NCBI GenBank assembly: GCA_963708075.1
Contig: OY970194.1
Coordinates: 3,936,001-4,000,000, forward strand
Direction of reading: 5' to 3'
DNA from: Sedimentisphaerales bacterium
GTDB taxonomy: Bacteria > Planctomycetota > Phycisphaerae > Sedimentisphaerales > Anaerobacaceae
Length of the DNA: 64,000 nt
In this document: in pieces, positions 19,330 through 30,300 of the stretch
Numbering within the stretch: position 1 is the stretch's first letter
Layout: each line of letters starts with the position of its first letter
The notes under the pieces: model-generated
The model's input: only the letters and a program-made list of their open reading frames with translations
Database searches by the model: none
Told to the model about the DNA's origin: nothing
Made by a program: the position numbers and the translations under genes

Positions 19330-21308
19330 AGAAGGAGACGATTCGTCGCTTCACCCGGCCGGAATTAGGGCTACACTGGAGCCAGGCAGTGCTATACATC
19401 CTGCTGTTCGGCTCGGGCACGCTTCTGCTGGTCGGGCGAATCCTCGATCATCCGCTCGCCTCTCAGAAGTCTCTCGGGGCGCTCCACCGCGTTGCGGGCG
19501 TCGCACTTGTCGTACTCCTGGGCCAGGCTCTGTTGCTCAGTATCGTTGCGGACAACTTCCGCAGCTTCTGGCGCACGCTGCGAGAGTGTCTGCGCTGGCG
19601 ATGGGGTGACGTCGTCTGGCTCGTCAAAGTCCCGTTCAATGCCATCACGCGACGAGTGAAGCTGCCGCCCGCGGATCGCTTCAACGCGGGCCAGAAGCTC
19701 CACGTGCTGGTCATCGTCTGTGTGCTGGTCGGCTTCAGCATCTCGGGCCTGCTGATGATGCTCATACCCGGAGCGCTCGGGCCATGGATCATCCACCTGA
19801 TCTGTTTCATCCCGGCCGCCGCTTTCCTGGCGCTGCATCTGTTCCTGTCACTCCTGAATCCCGAGACTCGAAAGGCCCTCCCGTCGATCTTCTCGGGCCA
19901 CATGTCGTTGGAACTCGCTCGACGACACCACGGTCTGTGGGCAGGACAACCCGACTCGGCGGAACACCCATCCTATGTATCCCTCCGGATGGTGCTCATC
20001 ATGATCGCTCTGGTAATGGTCGTCGCCGGGGTCTTCGCGATATGGTATGGACCGGCAAAAGTCTCCGGCGTTGTGGCAGCCACAATCACCCGCCACGGCA
20101 CAAATGCAATCACGCCGGCGTCTCTTTCCAAGGTCCATGACGGTGACAACGCGGATACCGACAACTGCGCATCTTGCCATTTGCCGATGGCATCGCCGCC
20201 TTCGGAGAAATGCCTTGTCTGCCACACGGAGATCCAGGAGCGAATGACGGCCGGATCGGGCTTCCATGGCAAGATTGCCGGCTCGTGCAGACAATGCCAC
20301 ACGGAGCACAAAGGCACCGAGGCCATCCCCATATCACTGGACCGACAGGCATTCAACCACGGCAACACCAACTTTCCGCTCGATGGCAAACACCAGGCCG
20401 TGCCATGTGAGAAGTGCCACGAAAGGACCGGCCCGGACACTGCCGGCAGAATGCAGTACACCGGGCTTGACTACAAGAGTTGCATAAATTGCCACTACAA
20501 CCCGCACAATGACCCGCGCGCCAGCCACTGCCTCGAATGCCACACTATGCAAGGCTGGGACCGCGATAATCTGACGTTCGATCATGATCGTGACAGCCAA
20601 TTCCCACTCCTGGGTGCACACGCCAAGCCGGATTGCGAGAAATGTCATCCCCGCCAGACAACAAATGGCCGGGTGCAGGTCCGCCTGTTTGACGTTGGCA
20701 AGTCCTGTCAGGATTGCCATGCCGACCCGCATGCCGGCCAGATGAGCTCTGCGTGCGGCACCTGCCACACGGAGACAGGCTGGACCGGGAACAACCTCGT
20801 ATTCTCGCATGATAAGCACTCATCGTTCCATCTGGATAGGCTTCATTCCTCAGCGAGTTGCGATGACTGCCATGGCCGACAGGCCAGGCGTTATCGTCCG
20901 CTGCCACGCGAATGCGACACGTGCCATACGATCCAACAGGCCGCCATGCAGGGAACCGCACGGGTGCTCTCCGGGCCCCCTGATCCTCACAATGACCGAC
21001 TCTCCTGCACGGATTGTCACGATGTGAACACACCAAGACAACGCCAGGAGGAGTTCGCCGCCAGGTGTGCAACCTGTCACAATTCCCGATATGGCGCCCT
21101 GTTCTACTCCTGGGCGAATGCTCTTGATGAAAACCGTGCTTCAATCAAACAGAACCTGAAACGCATCGATGATCCGAATGACGCGAGAAGGCTCCGGCTC
21201 GAGCAAATCCTGGAAGATGCGGCCGCAGCAGGTTTCCACAACCTGAATCTGACTCAGGAGATCTTGCGGGCAGAAACTCCGACACATCCAGAGAACGTCA
21301 ACAAATAA
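19326..21308 (+). CDS. Cytochrome b (FdnI-like, membrane) fused to a 13-heme cytochrome c domain
   Basis: ATGA overlap start MKKETIRRF; LHW, LHR, RFNAGQK, IH..LH histidines in four TM helices, a fifth TM, then 13 CxxCH motifs counted, partly in repeated FxH..FPLxGxH..CxxCH..CxxCHxxPH..CxxCH..GW units. Confidence 0.85.
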   Translation: MKKETIRRFTRPELGLHWSQAVLYILLFGSGTLLLVGRILDHPLASQKSLGALHRVAGVALVVLLGQALLLSIVADNFRSFWRTLRECLRWRWGDVVWLVKVPFNAITRRVKLPPADRFNAGQKLHVLVIVCVLVGFSISGLLMMLIPGALGPWIIHLICFIPAAAFLALHLFLSLLNPETRKALPSIFSGHMSLELARRHHGLWAGQPDSAEHPSYVSLRMVLIMIALVMVVAGVFAIWYGPAKVSGVVAATITRHGTNAITPASLSKVHDGDNADTDNCASCHLPMASPPSEKCLVCHTEIQERMTAGSGFHGKIAGSCRQCHTEHKGTEAIPISLDRQAFNHGNTNFPLDGKHQAVPCEKCHERTGPDTAGRMQYTGLDYKSCINCHYNPHNDPRASHCLECHTMQGWDRDNLTFDHDRDSQFPLLGAHAKPDCEKCHPRQTTNGRVQVRLFDVGKSCQDCHADPHAGQMSSACGTCHTETGWTGNNLVFSHDKHSSFHLDRLHSSASCDDCHGRQARRYRPLPRECDTCHTIQQAAMQGTARVLSGPPDPHNDRLSCTDCHDVNTPRQRQEEFAARCATCHNSRYGALFYSWANALDENRASIKQNLKRIDDPNDARRLRLEQILEDAAAAGFHNLNLTQEILRAETPTHPENVNK

Positions 21309-21453
21309 GTAGCACATCCAAGGGCCTGAAATTGGGCGGATAGGCTTCCTACCCGCTCTGTCACGGGCAGCAAGATTCACCGCCGGCCGGAAAACAGCGC
21401 AGAGATACAGGATATGCTCTATAATGCGAGAGGCCTATGTTCGGAGATCGTCC

Positions 21454-24261
21454 ATGAGAACACTGTGTGTTGTCCTTGGCGTACTTGCAGTCTACTCGTC
21501 GGCGGGGATGGCGCAACAGGCGCCCATTGTGATCGAGAATCCTCACTTGCGATACACAATATCTTCCGAAGGAAAGAACCTTGCCTTTGTCGATCGTGCA
21601 ACAGGTGTTGACTACCTGATACAGGACGCACCGTCCGTGTGCGCTCTGGCTCGCTGCAAAGGCGTAGAGTACCCTGCGACATCCGCTCGATTTGCGGATG
21701 GCCGGTTGACCATTGAGTTCAGCCAGGTGGACGGGAAAGCCGTTCTTGGCGTCATACCCCGGGACTCATACATTCAGTTCACCGTTGATTCGGTGAGCGG
21801 CGACAATATCGAATCGATCATCTTTCTGAACGTTCCGCTTACGCTGCAAGGCAGGCCCGATGAGTCTTTTGGCGCATGCGCTTTGTCTCTTAACCTGATC
21901 ACCCGCGTGGACCAACTGCCGGCACTTCAGGCGAACCTGCGAGCGTCATGCTATGGCAAATTCGGTATGGACGGGGCCAAGGTTGCTATCGTCGGGATGC
22001 CGATGCCCAGAATGCTGGAGGCTCTCAGGCATGTATTGACCGATGCGGATGAGATGCCCCATTGTACGGTCGCAGGCCCCTGGGCGCACGATGTCCCGTT
22101 CAACCATGGCTCCTACTTGTTCAATTTCGGCTCGCTTACGGATTCGAACGTGGACGAATGGATAGCCATGGCCAGGAACCTCGGGGTGACCCAGATCGAC
22201 AATCACGGTGGCGGAGGTTTCTTCCGGTTCGGTGACTTCGTTCTGAACAACGAGAAATGGCCCGACGGATGGGATGCGTATCGTCGGATTGTGAACCGCC
22301 TTCATGACGCCGGAATCGGGTCTATCTTCCATACGTACGCGTTCTTCATCGATAAACAATCGAAGTATGTCCGCCCGGTTCCAGACAAACGGCTTGACGC
22401 CTTTCGAGCCTTCACACTCGCCGCGGATATCAGCGCCGACGCCACAGAGATCACCGTTGCCGAATCCACGCAAGCCATGACGACCGTCACGGGCTTCTTT
22501 GAGCACAACAGCGTCATCCTTCATGTGGGTGACGAACTTGTTGCTTTCGGCGCCGTGAGCCAGGAGCCCCCCTGGCGATTCACGAAGGTCCAGCGAGGCG
22601 CGTTCGGGACCAGGGCAGCAGGACATGAGAAGGGGGCGAAGGCCCGCCACCTCAAGGAGAGCTTCGGTCTTCTCGTGCCGGATCCTGAATCGACGCTCTT
22701 CGAAGAGATCGCGAGGAACCACGCCGAGATCGTGAACTCCTGCGGGTTCGACGGCATCTACCTCGACGCCATCGACGGCAGCAGTATTCTGCGCGGTCCG
22801 GACGAGTGCTGGTACTGGGCGGACAAATTCGTCTTTGAGATCCAGAAGCATCTTCAGAAACCGGTGGGCATGGAGATGAGTGCCATGTGGCACCATTTCT
22901 GGCAGTATCGGACCCGCTGGCAGGCGTGGGACTATCCACAGCGTGGTCACAAACGCTTCATCGACCTGCACGCGGACTCCGTCAATGGCGGCCTCCTGCT
23001 GCCTCTGCATCTCGGCTGGTGGAATTTCCAGCACTTCAACCCACCGCAGGTCGAGCCGACCTATCCGGATGTGATCGAGTATCTCGGGGCCAAGCTCATC
23101 GGCTGGGACGCGGGAATCTCGCTTACCGGTGAGATCGACCAGGCCCGGCTCTCTGCGGTTCCGCTTTTCCGTCGAGCGGTCGATATCCTCCGTACGTGCG
23201 AGGAGCTCCGTCGAGACAATGCCTTCGACGAGACAATCAAAGCCCAATTGCGCCGGCCGGGAAAAGAGTTCTCGCTGGTTCGCGATAGTAGCGGGAAGTG
23301 GCGATTCCGCCCAGTTGTCCATGAATCACATGTGATCTCGTCTGCGGAGCCCTGGAGCCTCTCCTGGACGGTAGACAATCCCTTCATGGAGCAGCCGGCG
23401 CGATTTCGCCTTGAAGCCCTCACGGCCGCAGGTTCGTATGATGATCCAAATAACATCGTCCTGGCCGACCTCTCTGAGCCAAACCAGTTTGCGGGGTCGC
23501 CTCGTACCGCCGGCGGAGTCACCGGATCACTGTCGGAGGCACCGGATGGAGTCAGGCAGGCGGGCGTATTCACGGCAGCCAATTCCGGCAAGGTACCGCG
23601 CAATGCCGCATGGGCCAGGCTGGACCGCAAGCTCGAACCCTGCCTCAACCTGAAGGGCCGTGAGGCGATAGGCGTCTGGGTGGAGGGTGATGGCCGTGGG
23701 CAGATCCTCGGCATTCGGCTCGAGAGCCCCCGCCACATTTCCTTTGGTGCCGTGGCGGACCACTATATCACGGTTGACTTTACCGGCCGACGACTGTTCA
23801 CGCTCGTCGAAACAGAATCAGCCCGCTGGAGTGACTATGTCTGGAATGACGGCAAAGGGCTTTATAACGTCTACCGCGAGACCATCGACTTCGGCACGGT
23901 TGAATCCGTGGGCATCTGGTACAACAATCTCCCGGAGGGTCAGCAAGCACGGTGTGTCATCGGGCCCGTCAAAGCACTGCCAATGGTTGCCTGTACTGTG
24001 AGGAACCCTGCGGTGACAATCAACGGCAAGACCATAACCTTTCCGGTGGAAATGCCATCGGGCGGCTATCTGGAACTCAGCACAACCGGTGACTGCATGC
24101 TCTATGGGCCAAAGGGCGAGGAGATCGCCAACGTATCACCAAAGGGCCCGATTCCCTTGCTGTCGCCCGGGAAGAATCAGATCCAGTTCTCGGCCGATGC
24201 AGCCGATGGGCCTGCCCCGCGCGTGAGACTCACGATCAGCTCACATGGGCAACCTCTCTAA
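21454..24261 (+). CDS. Large secreted protein, putative glycoside hydrolase-like TIM barrel of unassigned family
   Basis: TATAAT at 21420, GGAG RBS, signal peptide MRTLCVVLGVLAVYSSAGMA; KWPDGW..IVNRLHDAGI and GFDGIYLDAIDG resemble clan GH-D style barrels. Confidence 0.5.
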   Translation: MRTLCVVLGVLAVYSSAGMAQQAPIVIENPHLRYTISSEGKNLAFVDRATGVDYLIQDAPSVCALARCKGVEYPATSARFADGRLTIEFSQVDGKAVLGVIPRDSYIQFTVDSVSGDNIESIIFLNVPLTLQGRPDESFGACALSLNLITRVDQLPALQANLRASCYGKFGMDGAKVAIVGMPMPRMLEALRHVLTDADEMPHCTVAGPWAHDVPFNHGSYLFNFGSLTDSNVDEWIAMARNLGVTQIDNHGGGGFFRFGDFVLNNEKWPDGWDAYRRIVNRLHDAGIGSIFHTYAFFIDKQSKYVRPVPDKRLDAFRAFTLAADISADATEITVAESTQAMTTVTGFFEHNSVILHVGDELVAFGAVSQEPPWRFTKVQRGAFGTRAAGHEKGAKARHLKESFGLLVPDPESTLFEEIARNHAEIVNSCGFDGIYLDAIDGSSILRGPDECWYWADKFVFEIQKHLQKPVGMEMSAMWHHFWQYRTRWQAWDYPQRGHKRFIDLHADSVNGGLLLPLHLGWWNFQHFNPPQVEPTYPDVIEYLGAKLIGWDAGISLTGEIDQARLSAVPLFRRAVDILRTCEELRRDNAFDETIKAQLRRPGKEFSLVRDSSGKWRFRPVVHESHVISSAEPWSLSWTVDNPFMEQPARFRLEALTAAGSYDDPNNIVLADLSEPNQFAGSPRTAGGVTGSLSEAPDGVRQAGVFTAANSGKVPRNAAWARLDRKLEPCLNLKGREAIGVWVEGDGRGQILGIRLESPRHISFGAVADHYITVDFTGRRLFTLVETESARWSDYVWNDGKGLYNVYRETIDFGTVESVGIWYNNLPEGQQARCVIGPVKALPMVACTVRNPAVTINGKTITFPVEMPSGGYLELSTTGDCMLYGPKGEEIANVSPKGPIPLLSPGKNQIQFSADAADGPAPRVRLTISSHGQPL

Positions 24262-24398
24262 TTCAACCGGGAGGTGTCCCTTCAACCAGTCGCACCCACG
24301 TGCATTGGGAATCGGCCATGCGGCAAACCGACACGCGCCGCCGATCCCGTCCCTCGTCGCAGACAGCAACTGTGTGATCACGTGACAGTCCGACTCCT

Positions 24399-24424
24399 GT
24401 CATTCCCGCACAAGCGGGAAATCC
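24399..24424. repeat. REP-like hairpin GTCATTCCCGC-ACAA-GCGGGAAATCC between convergent genes
   Basis: TTCCCGC/GCGGGAA inverted repeat with a GTCA leader. Confidence 0.55.
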
Positions 24425-27140
24425 TAATCACGGTCGCGCTCATCATCCTCACGAGCCGTAGTCACAGCCCATGTCGGATACGGCTCGCGAGGGCCTCTCA
24501 TGGCGTGCCAGAGAATGCGGTTCAACACGTCCTCCGGGCAGCGATCCACTTGCTCCAGAGGCAGTCCGGCCGAGACGATCGCATCTCTGCGCAGTGTGGC
24601 GTCCGACACCTCCTTGGGATTCGGATTCATCTGGTCCAGAGGGCACGTTCGTGGGCACCGCGACGTAGGGAGTAAGGTCGGGCACGTCGGCAAAACAGTC
24701 GCTCATGGGAGTGGCCGTGGCGTCAATTTGGTTCATGGGCGGCAATCCCAGGATCAATTCGATCGTGCGGAGAATGCTCGTCTGGTTGTACTGGGTGCTG
24801 ACGACGGCCTTGCGCCTGGTGTAGGGGCTGATGACATAGGCTGTCGTGCGATAGCCGCTGACGTGGTCCCAGCCGGCCTGCGGGTCGTCTTCGATGGCGA
24901 AGATACAGGTCTTCGCCCAGAATGGGCTGTGACTGATCGCCTCCACGATCTGTCCGAAAGCCAGATCGTTGTCCGCCACCTGGGCCGCCGGCGTCGGGCG
25001 AGCCGGCCTTGGTTCCGGACGTGTGGTCGTTCGGCAGACAGATGATGATCAGATTGGGGAACTTGCCCGTCCGCTCGTATTCGCGCAGTTCCTTGATGAA
25101 CTGGGCGGCCCGGAAGATGTCGGGGATATCCATGTCCCATCCGACGGTTTGCGTGTTCAGATAGGGTCGCAACGACTCGATGGCGGGCCGGCTGCTGATA
25201 TGGATCAGGTCCGTCCGATCGACGAAATCACGATAGTAATCCAAGAACTTCGGCCGGTCTTTCTTGCCGGGATCCTTCCATGCGGTCTCAGTGATGGCGA
25301 ATTCGCCGTAGACGCGAAGCGATTTGCCCCGGGCGATGGCGTTGTCCCAGATGAACCCGGAAGGAGCGTAGGCCAGGGCGTCCACGTCCGTGTCGTCCAT
25401 GCCGTCGGGATAGCTGCGGGGAAAGCCCGCGAAGGACTTCTCCATGTAGTCCGTGGCGAACGCCGAATCCGACCACTGATGGCCGTCGGCGCTGAGGATG
25501 CCCGAGCAGTAGATGTTGTCCAGCAGAACGAACTCGCGCACCATCTTGTGCTGATTGGGTGTGATCTGTGCGCCGAAGACACACAGGGATGGATCGCCGT
25601 TGCCTTCAGGAATATCCCCGAGGACCTGATCGTACGTCCGGTTCTCTTTGATGATGTAGACCACGTGCTCGAAGACAGACGGCTCGCCGACTCTTTGGGG
25701 GATGGGTCGCGGCGGCTGGTTCGATCGCGCCGGCTGTCGGGCTTCCTTGAGAAGCGGGTATCGGTAGTTATCCAGCACCCGGCGCGTCAATGCCGGCAGT
25801 TCTTTGCCCCGAGGGACGGGTACAAGCGACAGGGTTCCATGGTACTGATAGCTATTGTATTCATGGGCCCGGGATTCCTTGAGGCCGCTGGTCGAGCCGA
25901 CCCCTTTGATATTGGCCACGACCAGCCAGTGATGCGCAGCATCATAGGCAATCGCGCCGGGAAACCACCCGACCGGGATCAGTCCCAGGAGTTTCGATTC
26001 ATCGGGACGGAAGCGGAACACGGCAATGGCGTTCTGGGTTCCGTTGGCGACATAGAGGGTATCGCCGGAGGGATTGAATGCCAGCGCGTTGGGGCTGGCT
26101 CCGAACAGGTCCGCCGGGCTGGATTTGGCCCAGATAGTTTCCACCACCTTATCCGTGCGCGTATCGATCACGCTCAGCGTGTCGCTGCCTGCGTTGGCCA
26201 CGACGACATGGCGTCCATCCGGGGAGCCCGCGATAGCGGAGGAATGAAGCCCCACCATGATTTCGTCAACGGGCGCGTCCTGGTTGATGCGGATCACGGA
26301 AACCGAACCTTCGCCGGCAATGTGCCGCACGGGATCGACCCGCACCCGCATGCCCTGCCCCGCCGGACCGGTGAGGCTGTCCTCGTCCGGGAGACGACCG
26401 CCCCAGTTGCTCACGTACGCCTTGCCGCCCACCGGAACCACGCCATAAGGCGCGACGCCCACCGGCCAGGACCGAAGCATTTCCCCGGTGTTCGTATCGA
26501 TCTCCGCCAGGCGATTGGACAGGTTCAGGACCACGTACAATCGGCGTCCATCGCGGGAGATCGCCAGTCCGGCCGGGATTTCCTCCTTGCGCCACGGAGC
26601 ATTGGCAGCGGGCAAGCCGATGGAAGACAGGCCGCGGACCCGCCCCTCGGGACTGACGGCGAACACCTTGATGTCGCCATTGACGTTGGACAGATAGATC
26701 CGCGAGCCATCAGGACTGAATATCAGACCGGTATAGCTGAGCTGGCCGGATTCGTCCGGCTTGAGAATGTGGGAGGAAACGTCGTTAGGGCCCCGGGACT
26801 CGCTGGAAGGCAACGTGACGCGCTGTTTGATGTCGCCGGTCTGCGGATCGACCAGAACCAACTCCTGCGTCTTGCCGGACGTGGCGAGCAGGCGGCCGTC
26901 GGGACTCAACGCCACGGCTTGCGGCCGCATGCCCGGCAATTCCACCTGGATGCCGGTCGGCGTGAGCACCTGATGAATCGGCGTGATGTATCTTTGCGGA
27001 CTGACTTCGCCCACAGGCTCGGTGTTGGAGTAGTCCACGGTCCGGCAGGATCCGGCCAGGACCAGCACAGACAAGAGTGTGATGAGCGTGGAGGGCGACG
27101 GTATCCCATGCGTCGACGTGATTATGTCTTTCTCGTCCAT
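24424..27140 (-). CDS. YncE-type beta-propeller/alkaline phosphatase-family (phosphoesterase) lipoprotein, two +1 frameshifts (about 24995 and 24642)
   Basis: LVLAGSC lipobox, YVSNWGG/VANAGSDT propeller repeats, YIIKENRTYDQVLGD, SADGHQW, LPNDHT. Continues in ORFs 24449-24979 (DNDLAFG, EDDPQAGWDHV) and 24424-24693 (LNRILW). Each break is one extra C in a C-run. Confidence 0.82.
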
Positions 27141-27365
27141 CGTGCTCTCCTGTCAGGATCGTCAAGACCAGTTTGAACGGCTTTCAGGGAATCTGTACTA
27201 TCAGAATGCCGTTCATTTGTCACGTAGTGCTTCGGAAATCGGGGATAGGCGCTGTCAAGGAGCATCGCCACAAGGCAGGAAACATGGAATGAGGTGGCCG
27301 ACCGCTCCGTGTCCACTACCGTCCGCAAAGCAACGAGGCACCCACAAAGCGGGCTGATACGGCGC

Positions 27366-30300
27366 TCACTCGTACAAGCCGGGTGACCCGTCGTAGTTCA
27401 GACTCGGACGCCATGCGTTCTCGTCGCTAAGTGCACTGGGGTCTGTCTTCGATGGATCTCGGACAACCAGGGAAAAGCCCCGGCCATCGGTGCTGGTGTA
27501 CCAGCCATCATCAAAGCGGAAATCGTGGATGGTTTGGCCGGTGGCATCACGCAGAACGATACGCTCGCCTGCGTTGTCCAGGCTCCCGGCATACTGGCCA
27601 GCGATGTTGAAATCCTGCCCGTATTTGCCCTCGAAGGCCTCAACATCTTTCACCGCCAGCACGTAGCCGCCTGGGGCCAGTACAACGCTGGGGAAAGTGA
27701 ATTGGATTCCCTCCGTGAACTCCACGAGATTCAAGTTTACAGTCTGCGTTCCGATGTTGGTCAGTTCGATGTACTCAGTGTTGGGATCATCCGGATTGCC
27801 GGTGTCTGCCGGATGGTACATGATCTCGCTGATCCGCAGGCTCTCAGCGACAGGCCCGACCGCGAATACGGCTTCGTTCAACGCACTCCATGCATCCGAG
27901 GCCAGGGCGAGGGATTTGATGCGAGTGCTTTGCGGCAGTGGAACCGGCCCATCGTAAGGAATGGCAGTGGCGGACACCGCGCCGCCCACTTGCCCCTGCT
28001 TGCCCCCGGCCAACTCAGCCGAGATGACGAAGTCCGAGCTTGTATTCGATGCATTCAGGCCCTGAATCGCCAAAAGGTTCGAATCCCGCCGCAGCAAACC
28101 AATATGGGCGGAGACATCGAACACCTCTGACCCATCGGATTCATGGCTTACGTCCGCGCGGGAGTCCCACTGAGGAGCCCCGGCGAACCGCGAACGCGCA
28201 ATCTCCACGCCATTGAGATACGCGACGAAGCCATCATCGTAGCGCATCCGTAAAGTCATGAAGTCGTATTCACTTGGATCGCTCTGTGCAGCAAACAGTA
28301 TTCGGATATAGCAAGTTGTGTTCAGTCCGTACATCTGCGAGCCCACGTCGACGCCGATCAGCGCCTCATATCCCGAGGCTCGCTCATAGCCCACTGCTCC
28401 GGTGCCGCCCGGCCAGGTTAGATCATTGAAACGCAAGTTGCTTCTCCATGCATCCCCGATGGGGCCCTTCGGAACGAAGACTCTCTTTGCGGCACTTTCC
28501 GCGACAAGCGTGGTCAAGGCGTCCGGCTCACCGGCCGCGATGGGCTGTCGAGGGTCGGAGCCATCGAGCGTGTAGTAAACCTTGCCGTTCGGCGCCTGCA
28601 TGGAAAGCTTGTCGCTTGAGGCGATGTGCCCGCCGTGCTGATAGGAACCATTGACGTAGAAGACCGGCGCATCGGTACGCGGGTACAACCCGGCGGCCTT
28701 CAATTGCTCAAGCAGGATCCCTGTCCGCTGTGGGAAGTACTCCGTCAGCAGCCGATTCCGCTCGGCCATCCACTCCACATCGCGGGTGTACGGCCGCGCT
28801 CGCTGGGCATCGCCCCAGCGGGCGGATTCGCAGATGATCGCACTGTAGATCTCATGGGCCCGCGTCTCCCAGCGTGCGGCAGCGGCATCGGGCGTCAGAG
28901 CGCCGCCGTTGAACATGTGCCTGTGCACGCGGTCAGCGTAGCGGAGGCGAAATTCAGGATTCTCCCGCAGCTTTGTATAGACGTGCGAGATGCTGGTGGG
29001 GACATCGACGTTGATGTTCAGGAAGTCCGTCGCCTCCCAGATACTGTACTCCATGTCCCAAACGAAGAATCTGAACTTCGGGTCGCCGATCCGGCTGCCG
29101 ATGGCCCGCTGGTTGTTGGACTGAAAGATCTCCGGGCCATCCTTGTTGGTCGTGTACTGATGGATGAGGAAGAAATCGATGAGATTGTCGAGGTCCACAT
29201 ACCTCTGCATTTCGGCATAAGCCTGGGGACTGGCGAGCCCGCGGTCGGCCAGCGAGAGCATTTCGTTGTATCGATTCAGGTCGCCATCGACAGCCTCATT
29301 TGTGGTGGTCCGGCGGTTCAACGCATCGTAATCCTCGTCGGACCCTCCGAAGTACTCCTCGCCGAATTGCGCATCCGGCCGCTCTACGGGGTTGTACAGG
29401 CCCCAGTAGAGTCCATTGAGGTACAGGTGGACGAACGTGGCATGCCCATCGATCTTGCCCATGTCACGCGCGGTGTCGCGGGCGAAGGCGTCGCGGATGT
29501 ACTGGGCCTGCTCCGGGTACTGCTGTCCCGCCCATGACCGGCCGTGCTGTGCCCGCAGCACGATGCTGTCAAATCGATCCACCGGGGCATCGGGAAAGAG
29601 CTTGTAGTCCATCTTCCTGGGACCGTATTCATTCCGGAACTCCAGTCGGAGCGAATGCTTCTTCGTTCTGTCGTGGCTGCGCCAGGAGTAGCTGTGGATG
29701 CGTATGCCGCACTGTCCGACATAGGCCGTGCTCCCATCGCCATTGATGATCTCGATGGATGTAGGACGCTCCCAACTATCGCCCCGGCCCGTCGCGTTCG
29801 AATAGATCCCGCGCTGACTTCCGAAGAGGTCCTCAGGGTCCATGATGACAGACATCGTGCGGCTACTCCGCAGCGCCGGAATCATCTCGTCCCGGTACGC
29901 CGGATCGTTCACCACCTCCGAGTCCATTTCATAATCGGCGCCGGCCCCGGCCCATAAGGCCGGAAAACCCGCAGGATTGCCCGGCTGGTGAAGCACATCG
30001 TTGAGGAATATGTACGTGTGTGTCCGCACCCCGCTGGACTTCCATCCAGGCTTCATCGCTCGTGCCCTCAGGCAGGTCGTGCCTGTGACAGCGATGGGCT
30101 TGCTGTAGGGGCGGGTTTCAAACCCGCCCGTACCAGACACCCCAGGCTCTGATCCATCAAGCGTATAGTATATCGTCGCATTCTTCGTGTTGCATGTGAT
30201 CGTGACTTCAAACGGGCTATCATAGAAGCCCCGCGGATAGCTGAACTCAACATCAGCGACCACGCCCTCATACGCACGCACATTCGGCGCTGCGGGTGTG

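Noticed and set aside
19326..20050. Formate dehydrogenase or hydrogenase operon
   Set aside because: Only the cytochrome b-like domain is present; there are no catalytic or Fe-S subunits.
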